The notes beneath the pieces are model-generated. The model searched no databases and was not told the DNA's origin. It saw only the letters and a program-made list of their open reading frames with translations. The position numbers were made by a program, and so were the translations under genes. From contig JAITVV010000029.1 in assembly GCA_031285625.1 (NCBI GenBank), positions 38,875-102,874 of the forward strand: DNA of 64,000 bases, given 5' to 3'. This document shows, in pieces, positions 10,131-21,782 of the stretch. How positions within the stretch are numbered: the stretch's first letter is position 1; each line of letters starts with the position of its first letter. This DNA comes from Prevotella sp. GTDB lineage: Bacteria; Bacteroidota; Bacteroidia; Bacteroidales; Dysgonomonadaceae.

Positions 10131-11207
10131 TCACTTCAGCTGTAATCCCTTTATCACTTTTTGTATTTCGGCTTCTTTGTTGATTTTGTAATCATTATCC
10201 AGATACGCTATCTTGTCGTTTTTGTCAATAATTACAGTAATTCTGTTACAGTATCCTACGGGATTATATGCCCCAAAAGCTGAAGCAATCGAATAATCCG
10301 CATCATTTATATATTGTATATGATGTGTACCAAGGACAGCTTTCCAGTTATTCAATATTTCGGGAGTAGATTCGGATATGGCATAATATCTTACACCCGG
10401 ATTATTTAGTTGTATCTTGTCTAAAGATGATATTTGTATAGCACACGACATCATAGACAGGCGTTCCATTGAAATCCTTCTTGCCATATTGTTCACGTCG
10501 AATACTCCGCTATATGCTGCCGGATAGAATGTAAGAACGCGTATACCATCATTGATCCCTTTTTTAAGAATAATATCCGGAGCCTGATCTCCTACTTTAA
10601 GATTGTTGTTATCGACCGGTCTTGGATAAGTCATGCCTAACAGCTCTTTAATTTTATATTCTAATGGTTTCAGATGTTCACCCTGACCTCGGTAATCATT
10701 ATCCCGCCAGACAATGTTATTATCTTTATCAAGTAGAAAGAGAACCGAGCTGTCATTATAATCATCGAAGGGAGTAATATTTAGTTTCGACAACAATTCC
10801 TCACTTGTATCTTTAATATGCATCCCTGTAGTATCGAAAAGGTTTATCAGTAAAGATTTTGTATTTCCAACACCTGATAATAAAGCCAGTTGTATACTTG
10901 CCTCACCTTCTGCAGTTGAATGATATTTCAGTTCATTATTACTTCCCGTCAGGATAATATCTATATCAGCTAAAGATCTGTCTTCAGGGTTAAAAGCAAG
11001 TTTTTGTACAAAGTAGTTTTTAAAGGCTTGGACAATCATCGAGGCATATTCTGTAGAGTCGGATACAGACGGCATAAAAACAATGATTTTGGGTTTTCCC
11101 GAATTTTCCAATCCGTCTTCAATTTCAGCGACCGGAAACTTTTCATATCCTTTGCAGGAAACTGTTAATAGGAATAAGGTTGATAGAATAATTACTAATC
11201 TGCCCAT
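10131..11207 (-). CDS. Lipoprotein with AhpC/TSA (redoxin)-like thioredoxin-fold domain(s)
   Basis: Lipobox TVSC; LKVGDQAPD, LTFYP, IASAFGAY and RITVIIDKNDKI; an N-terminal LFLLDKDNNIVW suggests a second fold. Confidence 0.7.
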   Translation of the reverse strand: MGRLVIILSTLFLLTVSCKGYEKFPVAEIEDGLENSGKPKIIVFMPSVSDSTEYASMIVQAFKNYFVQKLAFNPEDRSLADIDIILTGSNNELKYHSTAEGEASIQLALLSGVGNTKSLLINLFDTTGMHIKDTSEELLSKLNITPFDDYNDSSVLFLLDKDNNIVWRDNDYRGQGEHLKPLEYKIKELLGMTYPRPVDNNNLKVGDQAPDIILKKGINDGIRVLTFYPAAYSGVFDVNNMARRISMERLSMMSCAIQISSLDKIQLNNPGVRYYAISESTPEILNNWKAVLGTHHIQYINDADYSIASAFGAYNPVGYCNRITVIIDKNDKIAYLDNDYKINKEAEIQKVIKGLQLK

Positions 11208-11363
11208 AATTATATTTTTTAATTATAGCGTAAATCTACATATAAGAAATATTTTTATCTGAGCAGAATGGGTGAGTCGCATATATGAAATGGTGAACTA
11301 AGTATTAAAAGTTATAAAGGATAATTCCTTAGATTTATCTATTATAGGTTAACGTTATCGAAT

Positions 11364-11413
11364 AAAAAGTAACACTGAAAACTATATAAAAGTGTCACTT
11401 TTGTCACTTTTTA
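11364..11413 (+). repeat. Three-box intergenic motif, copy 1 (upstream of the P-type ATPase)
   Basis: AAAAAGTAACA-N18-TGTCACTTT-TGTCACTTT. Confidence 0.7.
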
Positions 11414-11568
11414 TGATGATCATTTAATAGATATATTACAGGCCATCGTAACAATAATTTAACCGGAATATATTCTGTTTTTATGTTAAATGAGTGTAAC
11501 TTTGTCTCTTTTTATATAACTATTATAGGTATTAAATCGTTAAACTGAGATATAAACAATATATAAGA

Positions 11569-14490
11569 ATGGAATCTAGGAAAAATTATACAGGCCTGAC
11601 GAACGCGCAGGTAAAAGCAAGTAGGCAAAAACATGGAATGAATATTCTGACTCCGCCAAAGAAAGAGCCTCTTTGGAAGCTTTTTTTGAAGAAGTTTGAA
11701 GATCCGATAATCCGTATCTTGCTTATTGCTGCGTTTTTGTCGCTGGGTATTTCCATTATACATAATGAATACATCGAGACTATCGGTATATTTTGTGCCA
11801 TTCTTTTGGCGACAGGTGTATCGTTCTGGTTTGAGATGGATGCCAATAAAAAGTTTGATGTCCTTAATCAGGTGAATGATGAGGATATGGTAATGGTGAT
11901 CCGTAACGGTAACGTAGGACAGGTTGCCAAGAAAGATATTGTTGTAGGGGATATCGTATTGTTAGAAATAGGTAATGAGGTGCCTGCTGATGGTGAATTA
12001 GTTGAGGCTGTATCTATGCAGATCGATGAATCTTGCCTGACGGGGGAGCTTAGTATTGACAAAACAATTGATCCCGAGCATTTTGAAGAAGGGGTGACAT
12101 ATCCGTCCAACTGGGTTTTGCGTGGAACAAAAGTAATCAATGGACACGGAGTTTTTGAAGTTCACAGGGTAGGAGATGCTACAGAGTTTGGCAAAGTTGC
12201 GGTAAAAGCTACAGAGAAGGTAGAAGGAGAAACTCCTTTAAATCGTCAGTTGGATTCGCTTGCTAAGTTTATTGGTGTAATCGGTTTGATACTTGCTATT
12301 CTGACTTTCTCAGTATTGGTTATTAAAGATGTAGTTCTTGACCCATATGTGCCTATCCAAAAAAGACAACTGGCGCTACTGGGTGCTGCCATGCTTGGGG
12401 TAGCGGTTGCTATGATCAAAGTCTGGTTACCTATTATATATGATGGACTGGAGTTATTAGGTAAAAATGCCAGGTTGCCGAAGTCTGTCAAAGAAGGCGG
12501 ATGGTTAAGGTGGCTGATAACAGGTGCGTTGACAACTGTGATTATTGCTTCTGTTGGTTATCTTTTTGGTGTAGATCCTCTGGATAGTAGTTCATGGATA
12601 AATTTGGATACCGCTACAGAGATATTGCAGGCTTTTATGGTAGCTGTAACATTGGTAGTTGTTGCTGTTCCTGAAGGATTGCCAATGAGCGTGACATTGA
12701 GCTTAGCCTTAAGTATGCGCCGTATGCTGAAGATGAATAATCTGGTGCGTAAAATGCATGCTGTGGAGACAATGGGTGCTACTACTGTTATTTGTACGGA
12801 CAAAACAGGGACGCTGACTCAGAACCAAATGCAGGTTGCCAGTACAAACTTTTATGGACTGGATAATCAACGCCTGACCGATAGCGAGATCAGCAGGCTG
12901 GTAATAGGAAATATATCGGTCAATTCAACTGCATTTCTTGATTTCTCAAATCCCGGAAAAACGGCAGCATTGGGAAATCCAACAGAAGGGGCATTATTAC
13001 TTTGGCTGAACAAGACAAAAATACTATATAGCAATATACGGAATAAAGAAAGAGTGATCGATCAGTTGCCGTTTTCTACCGAACGTAAGTTTATGGCAAC
13101 CTTTGTAGAATCTCCTAAGCTGAAACGGAAAGTGTTGTATGTAAAAGGTGCTCCTGAAGTTGTTCTTGGTAAATGTAAGACTGTGGCTACAGCTGAAGGA
13201 GAAGTGCCTGTTGCTGAGTACAAACAAATGATTGATGAGCAGCTTTTGCAATATCAGAATCAAGCGATGCGTACCCTCGGGTTTGCATATTTGTATATTG
13301 ATGGAAACTCGGAAAAAGCTCTGGAAGAATTAATAAATGGCGATCTTATATTTCTTGGAATTGCAGGTATTTCCGATCCTGTTCGTCCGGATGTTCCGGG
13401 CGCAGTAGAACAATGTCTGAATGCCGGAATTGGTGTGAAGATAGTAACCGGTGATACCTATGGTACAGCTAAAGAGATAGGGCGGCAAATAGGAATTTGG
13501 AATGATGAAGAGGATACTGACCGGAATATTATTGCAGGAATCGATTTTGAAGCACTATCAGATGGCGAAGCTTTTGACAGGGTAAGAGATTTGAAGATAA
13601 TGTGCCGTGCGCGTCCGACTGATAAACAACGCCTTGTCCATTTGTTAAAAAAGAATGGAGAAATTGTTGCTGTTACAGGCGATGGTACTAACGACGCTCC
13701 GGCTCTTAACTATGCCGATGTAGGTTTGTCGATGGGTTCAGGTACCTCGGTTGCAAAAGAGGCCAGTGATATCACTTTGCTAGACGATTCATTTAGCAGT
13801 ATTGCTACAGCTGTGATGTGGGGCAGGTCGCTGTATGAGAATATCCAGCGTTTCATGCTTTTCCAGTTAACCATCAATGTGGCAGCATTATTGATTGTAT
13901 TCCTTGGCTCTGTGTTTGGACAAGAATTACCATTGACAGTTACACAAATGTTATGGGTAAACCTTATAATGGATACATTTGCCGCAGGGGCTTTAGCTTC
14001 TTTGCCGCCTGATCCGAATGTGATGAACAATAAGCCAAGAAAGAACAGTGACTTTATTGTAACATCATCGATTGCAAGACATATTCTTATTACCGGGGTT
14101 ATATTTGTCATTTTCCTTCTGGGTATGATGTATTACTTTGCAAATCCGGATCATTTGAATTCTTTCTTTAGTTATATAGCCGAAGGTGAAAGAGAGCGTT
14201 ATTTCTTATCATATTTCTTCACAGTATTTGTATTACTCCAGTTCTGGAATATGTTTAATGCTAAGGCTTATGGTACAGGTAAATCTGCTTTTGCCGGATT
14301 GAGTAAGAGTGCCGGTTTTGAGATTGTTGCATTGATTATTCTTATAGGGCAAGTGTTAATCGTTACTTTTGGTGGTGATGTATTCCGTACTGCACCACTC
14401 ACAATACAAGACTGGGGTATTATTATAGGAGGTACATCCTTTGTATTGTGGATAGGAGAGATAGTGAGACTGATAAAAAGAAGAAGGTGA
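11569..14490 (+). CDS. Calcium-translocating P-type ATPase (type II, PMCA-like)
   Basis: LTGE, VPEGLP, DKTGTLT phosphorylation site, KGAPE, TGD, GDGTNDAPAL and WVNLIMD. Confidence 0.93.
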   Translation: MESRKNYTGLTNAQVKASRQKHGMNILTPPKKEPLWKLFLKKFEDPIIRILLIAAFLSLGISIIHNEYIETIGIFCAILLATGVSFWFEMDANKKFDVLNQVNDEDMVMVIRNGNVGQVAKKDIVVGDIVLLEIGNEVPADGELVEAVSMQIDESCLTGELSIDKTIDPEHFEEGVTYPSNWVLRGTKVINGHGVFEVHRVGDATEFGKVAVKATEKVEGETPLNRQLDSLAKFIGVIGLILAILTFSVLVIKDVVLDPYVPIQKRQLALLGAAMLGVAVAMIKVWLPIIYDGLELLGKNARLPKSVKEGGWLRWLITGALTTVIIASVGYLFGVDPLDSSSWINLDTATEILQAFMVAVTLVVVAVPEGLPMSVTLSLALSMRRMLKMNNLVRKMHAVETMGATTVICTDKTGTLTQNQMQVASTNFYGLDNQRLTDSEISRLVIGNISVNSTAFLDFSNPGKTAALGNPTEGALLLWLNKTKILYSNIRNKERVIDQLPFSTERKFMATFVESPKLKRKVLYVKGAPEVVLGKCKTVATAEGEVPVAEYKQMIDEQLLQYQNQAMRTLGFAYLYIDGNSEKALEELINGDLIFLGIAGISDPVRPDVPGAVEQCLNAGIGVKIVTGDTYGTAKEIGRQIGIWNDEEDTDRNIIAGIDFEALSDGEAFDRVRDLKIMCRARPTDKQRLVHLLKKNGEIVAVTGDGTNDAPALNYADVGLSMGSGTSVAKEASDITLLDDSFSSIATAVMWGRSLYENIQRFMLFQLTINVAALLIVFLGSVFGQELPLTVTQMLWVNLIMDTFAAGALASLPPDPNVMNNKPRKNSDFIVTSSIARHILITGVIFVIFLLGMMYYFANPDHLNSFFSYIAEGERERYFLSYFFTVFVLLQFWNMFNAKAYGTGKSAFAGLSKSAGFEIVALIILIGQVLIVTFGGDVFRTAPLTIQDWGIIIGGTSFVLWIGEIVRLIKRRR

Positions 14491-14498
14491 TGATTAAT

Positions 14499-14524
14499 AA
14501 AGGGGCTACAAAGGTAGCCCTTTT
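14499..14524 (+). terminator. Intrinsic terminator
   Basis: GGGCTAC-aaag-GTAGCCC-TTTT. Confidence 0.7.
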
Positions 14525-14598
14525 GAAACCTATGTTAAAAAAATATTACTTTCTATACCTTTTTCTTTATTTATACCTTTTGGTTCGCTAAAAATTCG

Positions 14599-14606
14599 TA
14601 TATTTG
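14599..14606 (+). promoter_or_regulatory. Bacteroidetes sigma-A -7 box for guaB
   Basis: TATATTTG matches TAnnTTTG, about 30 bp before the ATG. Confidence 0.6.
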
Positions 14607-14616
14607 CGCGCAATAA

Positions 14617-16113
<1,497 letters not shown>

Positions 16114-16131
16114 GATTTAATATAACATTAT

Positions 16132-16167
16132 AATAAGTGCGGCTACCTGTAGGTAGCCGCACTTATT
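16132..16167. terminator. Bidirectional terminator
   Basis: Perfect 17-bp inverted repeat AATAAGTGCGGCTACCT-gt-AGGTAGCCGCACTTATT. Confidence 0.85.
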
Positions 16168-16183
16168 TATTGGAATTGTAAGA

Positions 16184-19100
16184 TTACTCTATCAGTATTT
16201 TACGGGTTACTTTTTCGCCTTTATATGTCAGTTCAACTATATATATGCCTTTATTCAAATTACGCATAGATATGGTTCCTGTCTTATTTTTCTCCATAGC
16301 TATCAGCCTTCCGCTTATATCCCATAGACAAACAGTATCGAGCATAATATCGGTGGTAATTTCAATAGAATTGTTATCTGAAATAATGGTGTACTGTGAG
16401 GCATCGTTCTCTTTCCCATCTTTCAGGCTAGGATAGGTATAATTAACAACAAAAGTATGATTGTTCAGATCTAATGTTACAGTGTAATCATTCTTTTCTG
16501 CTATAATGAACCTGTAATCACCCTTATAGTCATTTGTAATCTGGTGTGTAGTCCCGATTTTTATTGCTTCATTTTTAGCAGGTACTGGAACTAAAGAATT
16601 CCATGTATTTAAGCGTGTGATAAACTTAATGTGCCCGGCTTTAAGGGTTCCCTTCCATTGATATATACGGTCTTGCAATTTACTTAATGGCATAGCTGCA
16701 TTGTTGTGCCAGCCTGTTGGCGTGGCATCACCGATAATATAAATATCGGCATCACTATCATCTTTGTCTACAAACATTATATTCTCATTCAGATCTACGC
16801 GAATGGTATAGTTACCTGCATCAAGCAAAACGAAACGATAATCTCCTTGATAATTATCTGAGACATAATGCTTGTACTCAGGTATTATAGTCTCATGTGC
16901 TTTTTTGGCTGGTACAATTGAATTCCATGTGCCTAACTGAGTTATAAATTTGAAATGTCCTGCTTTTAGATATCCGCTCCATGTAAATACTCCTGTTGAT
17001 TCTTTTACCATTGGCGTGGCTTTAGTATTATACCAGCCGTTTGGAGTTGCATCTCCAACCAGATATAGTGGGATGTTTTCTTTATTCTCGATGACTTTTA
17101 CTGTCCAGTTTTTGGTATCAACAAATACGGAGCAGTTCATGTCTTTTACTATATTGAATTTATAATCTCCACTAATTGCATTTGTGATATTTACATCATA
17201 AATGCTTCCGGATTCTATGTTTTTTGTTGCAATCGGGTTAACAGATGGATCCCATGTATTTTTTCGAAGTAAAAATTTCATCTCTCCCTTTTTTAAGAAA
17301 CCTGTCCAAACGAATATTCCATTTTCTTGTTTGGTCATTACTTCCGGATTTATATTGGTCCATCCGCATGGGGCTGCACTTCCTACCATATACAGATCTG
17401 AGCAATCCATATCTTTTGCCGATCCTGTCAGTGGCTCGGATTTATTGGTTTTATGATCAAGATTGTTTGGATAGAATGAATCAATCGCTGAAACTTTTAT
17501 CAAGTAGTCAGAATAAACTCCTTTTAGGTTTTTAATAGTTAAGGATAATGTCTTTGGGGTTGCACTGCCAAAGAAGAACTGCGAAAAAACATTCACTTTC
17601 TGCTCTCTTGCCCCATTTTTGTTCATCAGTTCTACTAAATAGTGATGTACCAAGTCGTCGTCTTTTGCCTGAGGAAAGGTGACCTTGAAAGAATTATTTT
17701 GTATTTCATCTATTATAAGTTTGTCTGTAGATGCAAAATAAGGAACTTCTCCACCATTTCTATTACTTGTGTAAGTAAATGTAGATCCGTCATGAGGAGC
17801 TTTTATTGTCCAGGGTTTCTTTATTGGTTCATTCCTTGTAAAGTTGATTCTGTTTACAATTACGTCTTTCTTATCATTTACCGAAACGATACATCCCTCC
17901 GCAATATTTAATGATTCGCTGAAGTGACGGTCACTATTAGTTGGTAATAAACCATCTTCGATATTAGTAGCGGCTAGATTGCCATCATGTACGGATGTGA
18001 AGTATTTCTGATATATGCATCTTTCGTCTCCCAATGGATAATGAGAGTGTCCTGAGAATAAAACTATTTGGGGATATTTTTTACAAATTTCCTTCATCGC
18101 TTCCGTATTATTTGCCCGGCTCTCTGTTCCCGGTTCAATCCTATAAGATCCATAAACTGTATGCGTGAGAGGGACATGCATAAATACGAAGATCGGCTTA
18201 CCCGGATATTCTTTGCTGGCTTTTTCTAATGCCGCTTTTAGAAAGTTTTTGGATGTTGATTGATAAATATATATTTGATTATTTGCTTCGGAGCCATCAA
18301 GACTGACCGTAATAAACGGATAACCTTTTATATCAATAAATTGATTGAGTCTTTGTCCCATTACTCCTTTAAATACGCTGCCGTTACCTTCCCACCAGTC
18401 GTGATTTCCCATCATGAAATAAACATTGGTTTCAGGGCTAAGGGGAGAAAAAGCACTCAATGCATTTTGTAACTGATCTTTTCGCCCGTTATCAGCTACA
18501 TCCCCTACAACAAAAACTGCATCCAACTGTTTTTCTTTAAGCACTTCCACTGCATTTGGCAGTCTGTTTGTCCAACCGGTTCTTCCTACATGGATATCGG
18601 ACATAACAGCAAAACGCGGATATTCATTCACTTCAGGCAGTGTAATACCAAGTTCGTGCTGTACTTTCTGTTGGAATTCATTAATGGCTTCCTCTGTCGT
18701 GTTTAATGAGTTCATCAAATCCCAGCCTTCCACCTTATAAGGCATCGCTAACTCCTTGTTAGGATATTCATTTAGTGTTTTAGTTAGTATGGTATTTAAT
18801 CTGTCAACATTTGAGAGGGCTTTTCGTCTAGAGATTTGTATATACAAATTCTCTATATCTGAGGCAGAAAGGGCAGTGCTGTACATTCTTACCACTGCGA
18901 TTTCACCTGTAAACTCTCGCTGTATAGCATTACTGCCACTAACATCACCACCTATTGCAAGCCATTGACTGGAGACTGTTGGCGATAATCTCAACTTCCC
19001 GACGTTAGAAAGGTTATCGATATTTACTCCGTCATAATATGCTTTCAGGTTATTTCCATCATAAGTATAAATAATATGATGATAGTCTGATTTTATATCT

Positions 19101-19561
19101 CCATATATATTTTTGCTTCCAATGCTATAATAATCACCGGAGCTTTTTCCAAATAGAAATTGGGTCGCTCCTTTTTCTAATTGTTGAATTCCGAATCCTC
19201 CGGATTCCATGGAAGATACAGGACTCATTTTTCTGTTGTTGTCAGCTTTGATGTAAACTTCGATAGTGAATGCATTCTGAATTTTATTCTTAAAATCAGC
19301 ATCATTCATATAATCCACCCTGAAATAGTTATTTGTAGTTGTATTTTGCGGAAACTTGCTAACATATTGTTTTATTTCGACATTATATACAACTGAGGGA
19401 ATTGTACTTCCGTTCCTGATCGGATTTTGCTTTGGTGAATTATCTTTTACATCTCCTGTTGCAGAAGAGAATTTGATGTCTAAGAGATCTGCTTGAGGAT
19501 AGTTCTGGGCTCTTGAAAATAGGGTAAATGTTAACAATAATAGAAAGATTACTTTCTTCAT
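16184..19561 (-). CDS. T9SS-secreted multidomain protein: LamG-like + calcineurin-like metallophosphoesterase + three SusE/F-like modules + CTD
   Basis: Signal peptide from MKKVIF (19561). LamG-like FTIEVYI..YHHIIYTYDG..FTGEIAVVRMYSTALS. MPP motifs DIH, GD, GNHD, H and GHSH. Three (L/I)YxxGxAxPxGW modules. C-terminal WDISGRLI..LNKGIYIV..KILI. Confidence 0.8.
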   Translation of the reverse strand: MKKVIFLLLLTFTLFSRAQNYPQADLLDIKFSSATGDVKDNSPKQNPIRNGSTIPSVVYNVEIKQYVSKFPQNTTTNNYFRVDYMNDADFKNKIQNAFTIEVYIKADNNRKMSPVSSMESGGFGIQQLEKGATQFLFGKSSGDYYSIGSKNIYGDIKSDYHHIIYTYDGNNLKAYYDGVNIDNLSNVGKLRLSPTVSSQWLAIGGDVSGSNAIQREFTGEIAVVRMYSTALSASDIENLYIQISRRKALSNVDRLNTILTKTLNEYPNKELAMPYKVEGWDLMNSLNTTEEAINEFQQKVQHELGITLPEVNEYPRFAVMSDIHVGRTGWTNRLPNAVEVLKEKQLDAVFVVGDVADNGRKDQLQNALSAFSPLSPETNVYFMMGNHDWWEGNGSVFKGVMGQRLNQFIDIKGYPFITVSLDGSEANNQIYIYQSTSKNFLKAALEKASKEYPGKPIFVFMHVPLTHTVYGSYRIEPGTESRANNTEAMKEICKKYPQIVLFSGHSHYPLGDERCIYQKYFTSVHDGNLAATNIEDGLLPTNSDRHFSESLNIAEGCIVSVNDKKDVIVNRINFTRNEPIKKPWTIKAPHDGSTFTYTSNRNGGEVPYFASTDKLIIDEIQNNSFKVTFPQAKDDDLVHHYLVELMNKNGAREQKVNVFSQFFFGSATPKTLSLTIKNLKGVYSDYLIKVSAIDSFYPNNLDHKTNKSEPLTGSAKDMDCSDLYMVGSAAPCGWTNINPEVMTKQENGIFVWTGFLKKGEMKFLLRKNTWDPSVNPIATKNIESGSIYDVNITNAISGDYKFNIVKDMNCSVFVDTKNWTVKVIENKENIPLYLVGDATPNGWYNTKATPMVKESTGVFTWSGYLKAGHFKFITQLGTWNSIVPAKKAHETIIPEYKHYVSDNYQGDYRFVLLDAGNYTIRVDLNENIMFVDKDDSDADIYIIGDATPTGWHNNAAMPLSKLQDRIYQWKGTLKAGHIKFITRLNTWNSLVPVPAKNEAIKIGTTHQITNDYKGDYRFIIAEKNDYTVTLDLNNHTFVVNYTYPSLKDGKENDASQYTIISDNNSIEITTDIMLDTVCLWDISGRLIAMEKNKTGTISMRNLNKGIYIVELTYKGEKVTRKILIE

Positions 19562-19718
19562 AAGATTGTAGTTTAGGTTAGTAAAGCTGGTTGTTTGTAT
19601 AGAGTGGTGTAAAGATATTAAAATTAAGATTGTTAATGATTGTTTCGTTAAAGAAATAAAAATACCCATAGCCTTTTATTTTAGAATATTTTAAAACATT
19701 ATAAGCTTATATTTCTTG

Positions 19719-19726
19719 TATCTTTG
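19719..19726 (+). promoter_or_regulatory. -7 promoter box for the PPIase cluster
   Basis: TATCTTTG, about 30 bp before ATG 19755. Confidence 0.55.
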
Positions 19727-19754
19727 CCTTTTGTACAGTTTATCAACTTGATAT

Positions 19755-21782
19755 ATGAATAAAAAACTATTTACACTACTTATCACATTACTTACTACAT
19801 TTTGTATGTATGCACAACAGGCGGCAGATCCTGTTGCAATAAAAATTAATGGAAAACCTGTTTTACGATCAGAGTTGGAAAAAGCTTATATTAAAAGCAA
19901 TCAGCTAAGAGCAGACCATAATAAAGAATCCTTATCTGACTTTGTACAGTCATACATTGATTTCAAAATGAATGTTGAGGAAGCTAAGGCGCAGAACTTG
20001 GATACTACAGGTAATTATGTAAGAGATTTATCTACAGCCAGAGTTGAGATGGCTCGTAAATATATGCAGGATACTTTATATGAAAATACATATATACAAA
20101 AGATATATAATCGTTTGCTTGAGAATGTGGAAATAAATCACATTCTCCTCCCTTTGGAAGGAGATCTCGTATATCCTGCCGACACGGTAGCATTATATAA
20201 TAAAGCGATGGAATTGCGTGCTAAGCTTTTGAAAAATGGCTTTGAGGGTGAGGGCTATGATAAAACATTGCAGACGTCCATTATGATGGATAATAATAAA
20301 CGAAATGGTTATATTGGTTGGACTGTTCCTTTTATGTTTGCATCGAAAGTAGAAGATGTAATATATACTCTCCCGATAAATGAGATTAGCCAGCCAATAA
20401 GAACCGTTCATGGGTACCATATTGTACAGGTTCTGGGAAAACGCCCTGCAGTTGGTTCTGTGGAAATTGAACAGGTTCTGTTTAATTTCTCGAAGATACC
20501 TGCCAGTCAGCATCAAATAGACAGTGTAGGTAAAGTAGCCTGGCGGGAATATAAAAATATCCATTCTTCCTCTGATTTTAATTCCTTATGTGAAGAGTTT
20601 TCTCGGGTGATGGAAACAAAGGAGAAAGGTTGTTATCTGGGATTTATAGGCCTCGATTCTCCCTTATCCCCCTCTTTTGTGAATACAGCTTTTGATCTGA
20701 AGAAGGACGGAGATGTAAGTGAACCTGTCCGGTCCGATTATGGATATCATATAATGCGCTTGTTACAGAAGGCACCTGTTCCGGCTTATGGCGATATTAA
20801 AAATGCTCTGCGAAAAAGAATAGAAAAGAGTGATAAATTAGAAAGTATGATATCTGAAAAGCATCGGAATATGGCTGCGGATCTTAAATTGTATATAAAT
20901 AAAGATGCATATTCCAAATTAAATGACATTACTAACAAAGTCTCGCCTAAAGATTCAGCATTTTTTAATATGGTAAGCAATAAAAATGATATATTGTTCA
21001 CATTCAATAATATCGAGACTTACACTGTAAATAATTTTATTGAATATATCCGTTATACTCAAAGGTTGATAAATGCAAGCAGATCGGGCGATGCTCCAGA
21101 TATGTTTATCTATACTGATCTAATCAAGCATACTCTGTCTACCGATATTCTGAGAGAGTATTTTAATGACTATCTATCACGTAATATGACAAACTATTAT
21201 TATGCCACCTTATCAGACAGGTTTGTTGAGTATAAGGAGCAATTGAATAGTATTTCGGATGAGCTGTTATTATTTATAGTCAAGAATAAAAATATATGGG
21301 ATCGTTCTGTTACTGATGAAAAAGGATTATCTGATTACTTCAACAAGAACAAATCAAAATATAGCCTCGATGGTACAAAATACAAAGGGCTGATCATACA
21401 TACAAAAAAGGAAGGTATCCTAAAAGAGATCGAGTCACTTGCTGCAAAAGAAAAGAAAAGAGATTCCCTTATTGAAAAAATTAGAAATAGTTTTAATAAA
21501 GATTCGGTGCAGGTTCTTATGGAACCCGGATTATGGATCAAAGGTCAGAATCAGTATGTGGATAATAAAATATTTGGAGTAGCAAAAGAAGTAACATCTC
21601 CCAAAGGCTATCAGTTTTTCTCTGTTGTAGGAGATTTTATTTCATCTCCTCAGGATTATACAGATGTGCGTTCCTCTGTAGAATTAGATTATCAGGATGC
21701 TTTGGAGAAAGAATGGCGAATATATCTGAGGAATAAATATAGAGTAGAAACAGATGAATCTGTATTGAAGACAATAAAATGA
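19755..21782 (+). CDS. Periplasmic parvulin-type peptidylprolyl isomerase (SurA/PpiD-like)
   Basis: Signal peptide; HIL, ISQPIRTVHGYHIV and VSEPVRSDYGYHIM rotamase motifs. Confidence 0.85.
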   Translation: MNKKLFTLLITLLTTFCMYAQQAADPVAIKINGKPVLRSELEKAYIKSNQLRADHNKESLSDFVQSYIDFKMNVEEAKAQNLDTTGNYVRDLSTARVEMARKYMQDTLYENTYIQKIYNRLLENVEINHILLPLEGDLVYPADTVALYNKAMELRAKLLKNGFEGEGYDKTLQTSIMMDNNKRNGYIGWTVPFMFASKVEDVIYTLPINEISQPIRTVHGYHIVQVLGKRPAVGSVEIEQVLFNFSKIPASQHQIDSVGKVAWREYKNIHSSSDFNSLCEEFSRVMETKEKGCYLGFIGLDSPLSPSFVNTAFDLKKDGDVSEPVRSDYGYHIMRLLQKAPVPAYGDIKNALRKRIEKSDKLESMISEKHRNMAADLKLYINKDAYSKLNDITNKVSPKDSAFFNMVSNKNDILFTFNNIETYTVNNFIEYIRYTQRLINASRSGDAPDMFIYTDLIKHTLSTDILREYFNDYLSRNMTNYYYATLSDRFVEYKEQLNSISDELLLFIVKNKNIWDRSVTDEKGLSDYFNKNKSKYSLDGTKYKGLIIHTKKEGILKEIESLAAKEKKRDSLIEKIRNSFNKDSVQVLMEPGLWIKGQNQYVDNKIFGVAKEVTSPKGYQFFSVVGDFISSPQDYTDVRSSVELDYQDALEKEWRIYLRNKYRVETDESVLKTIK

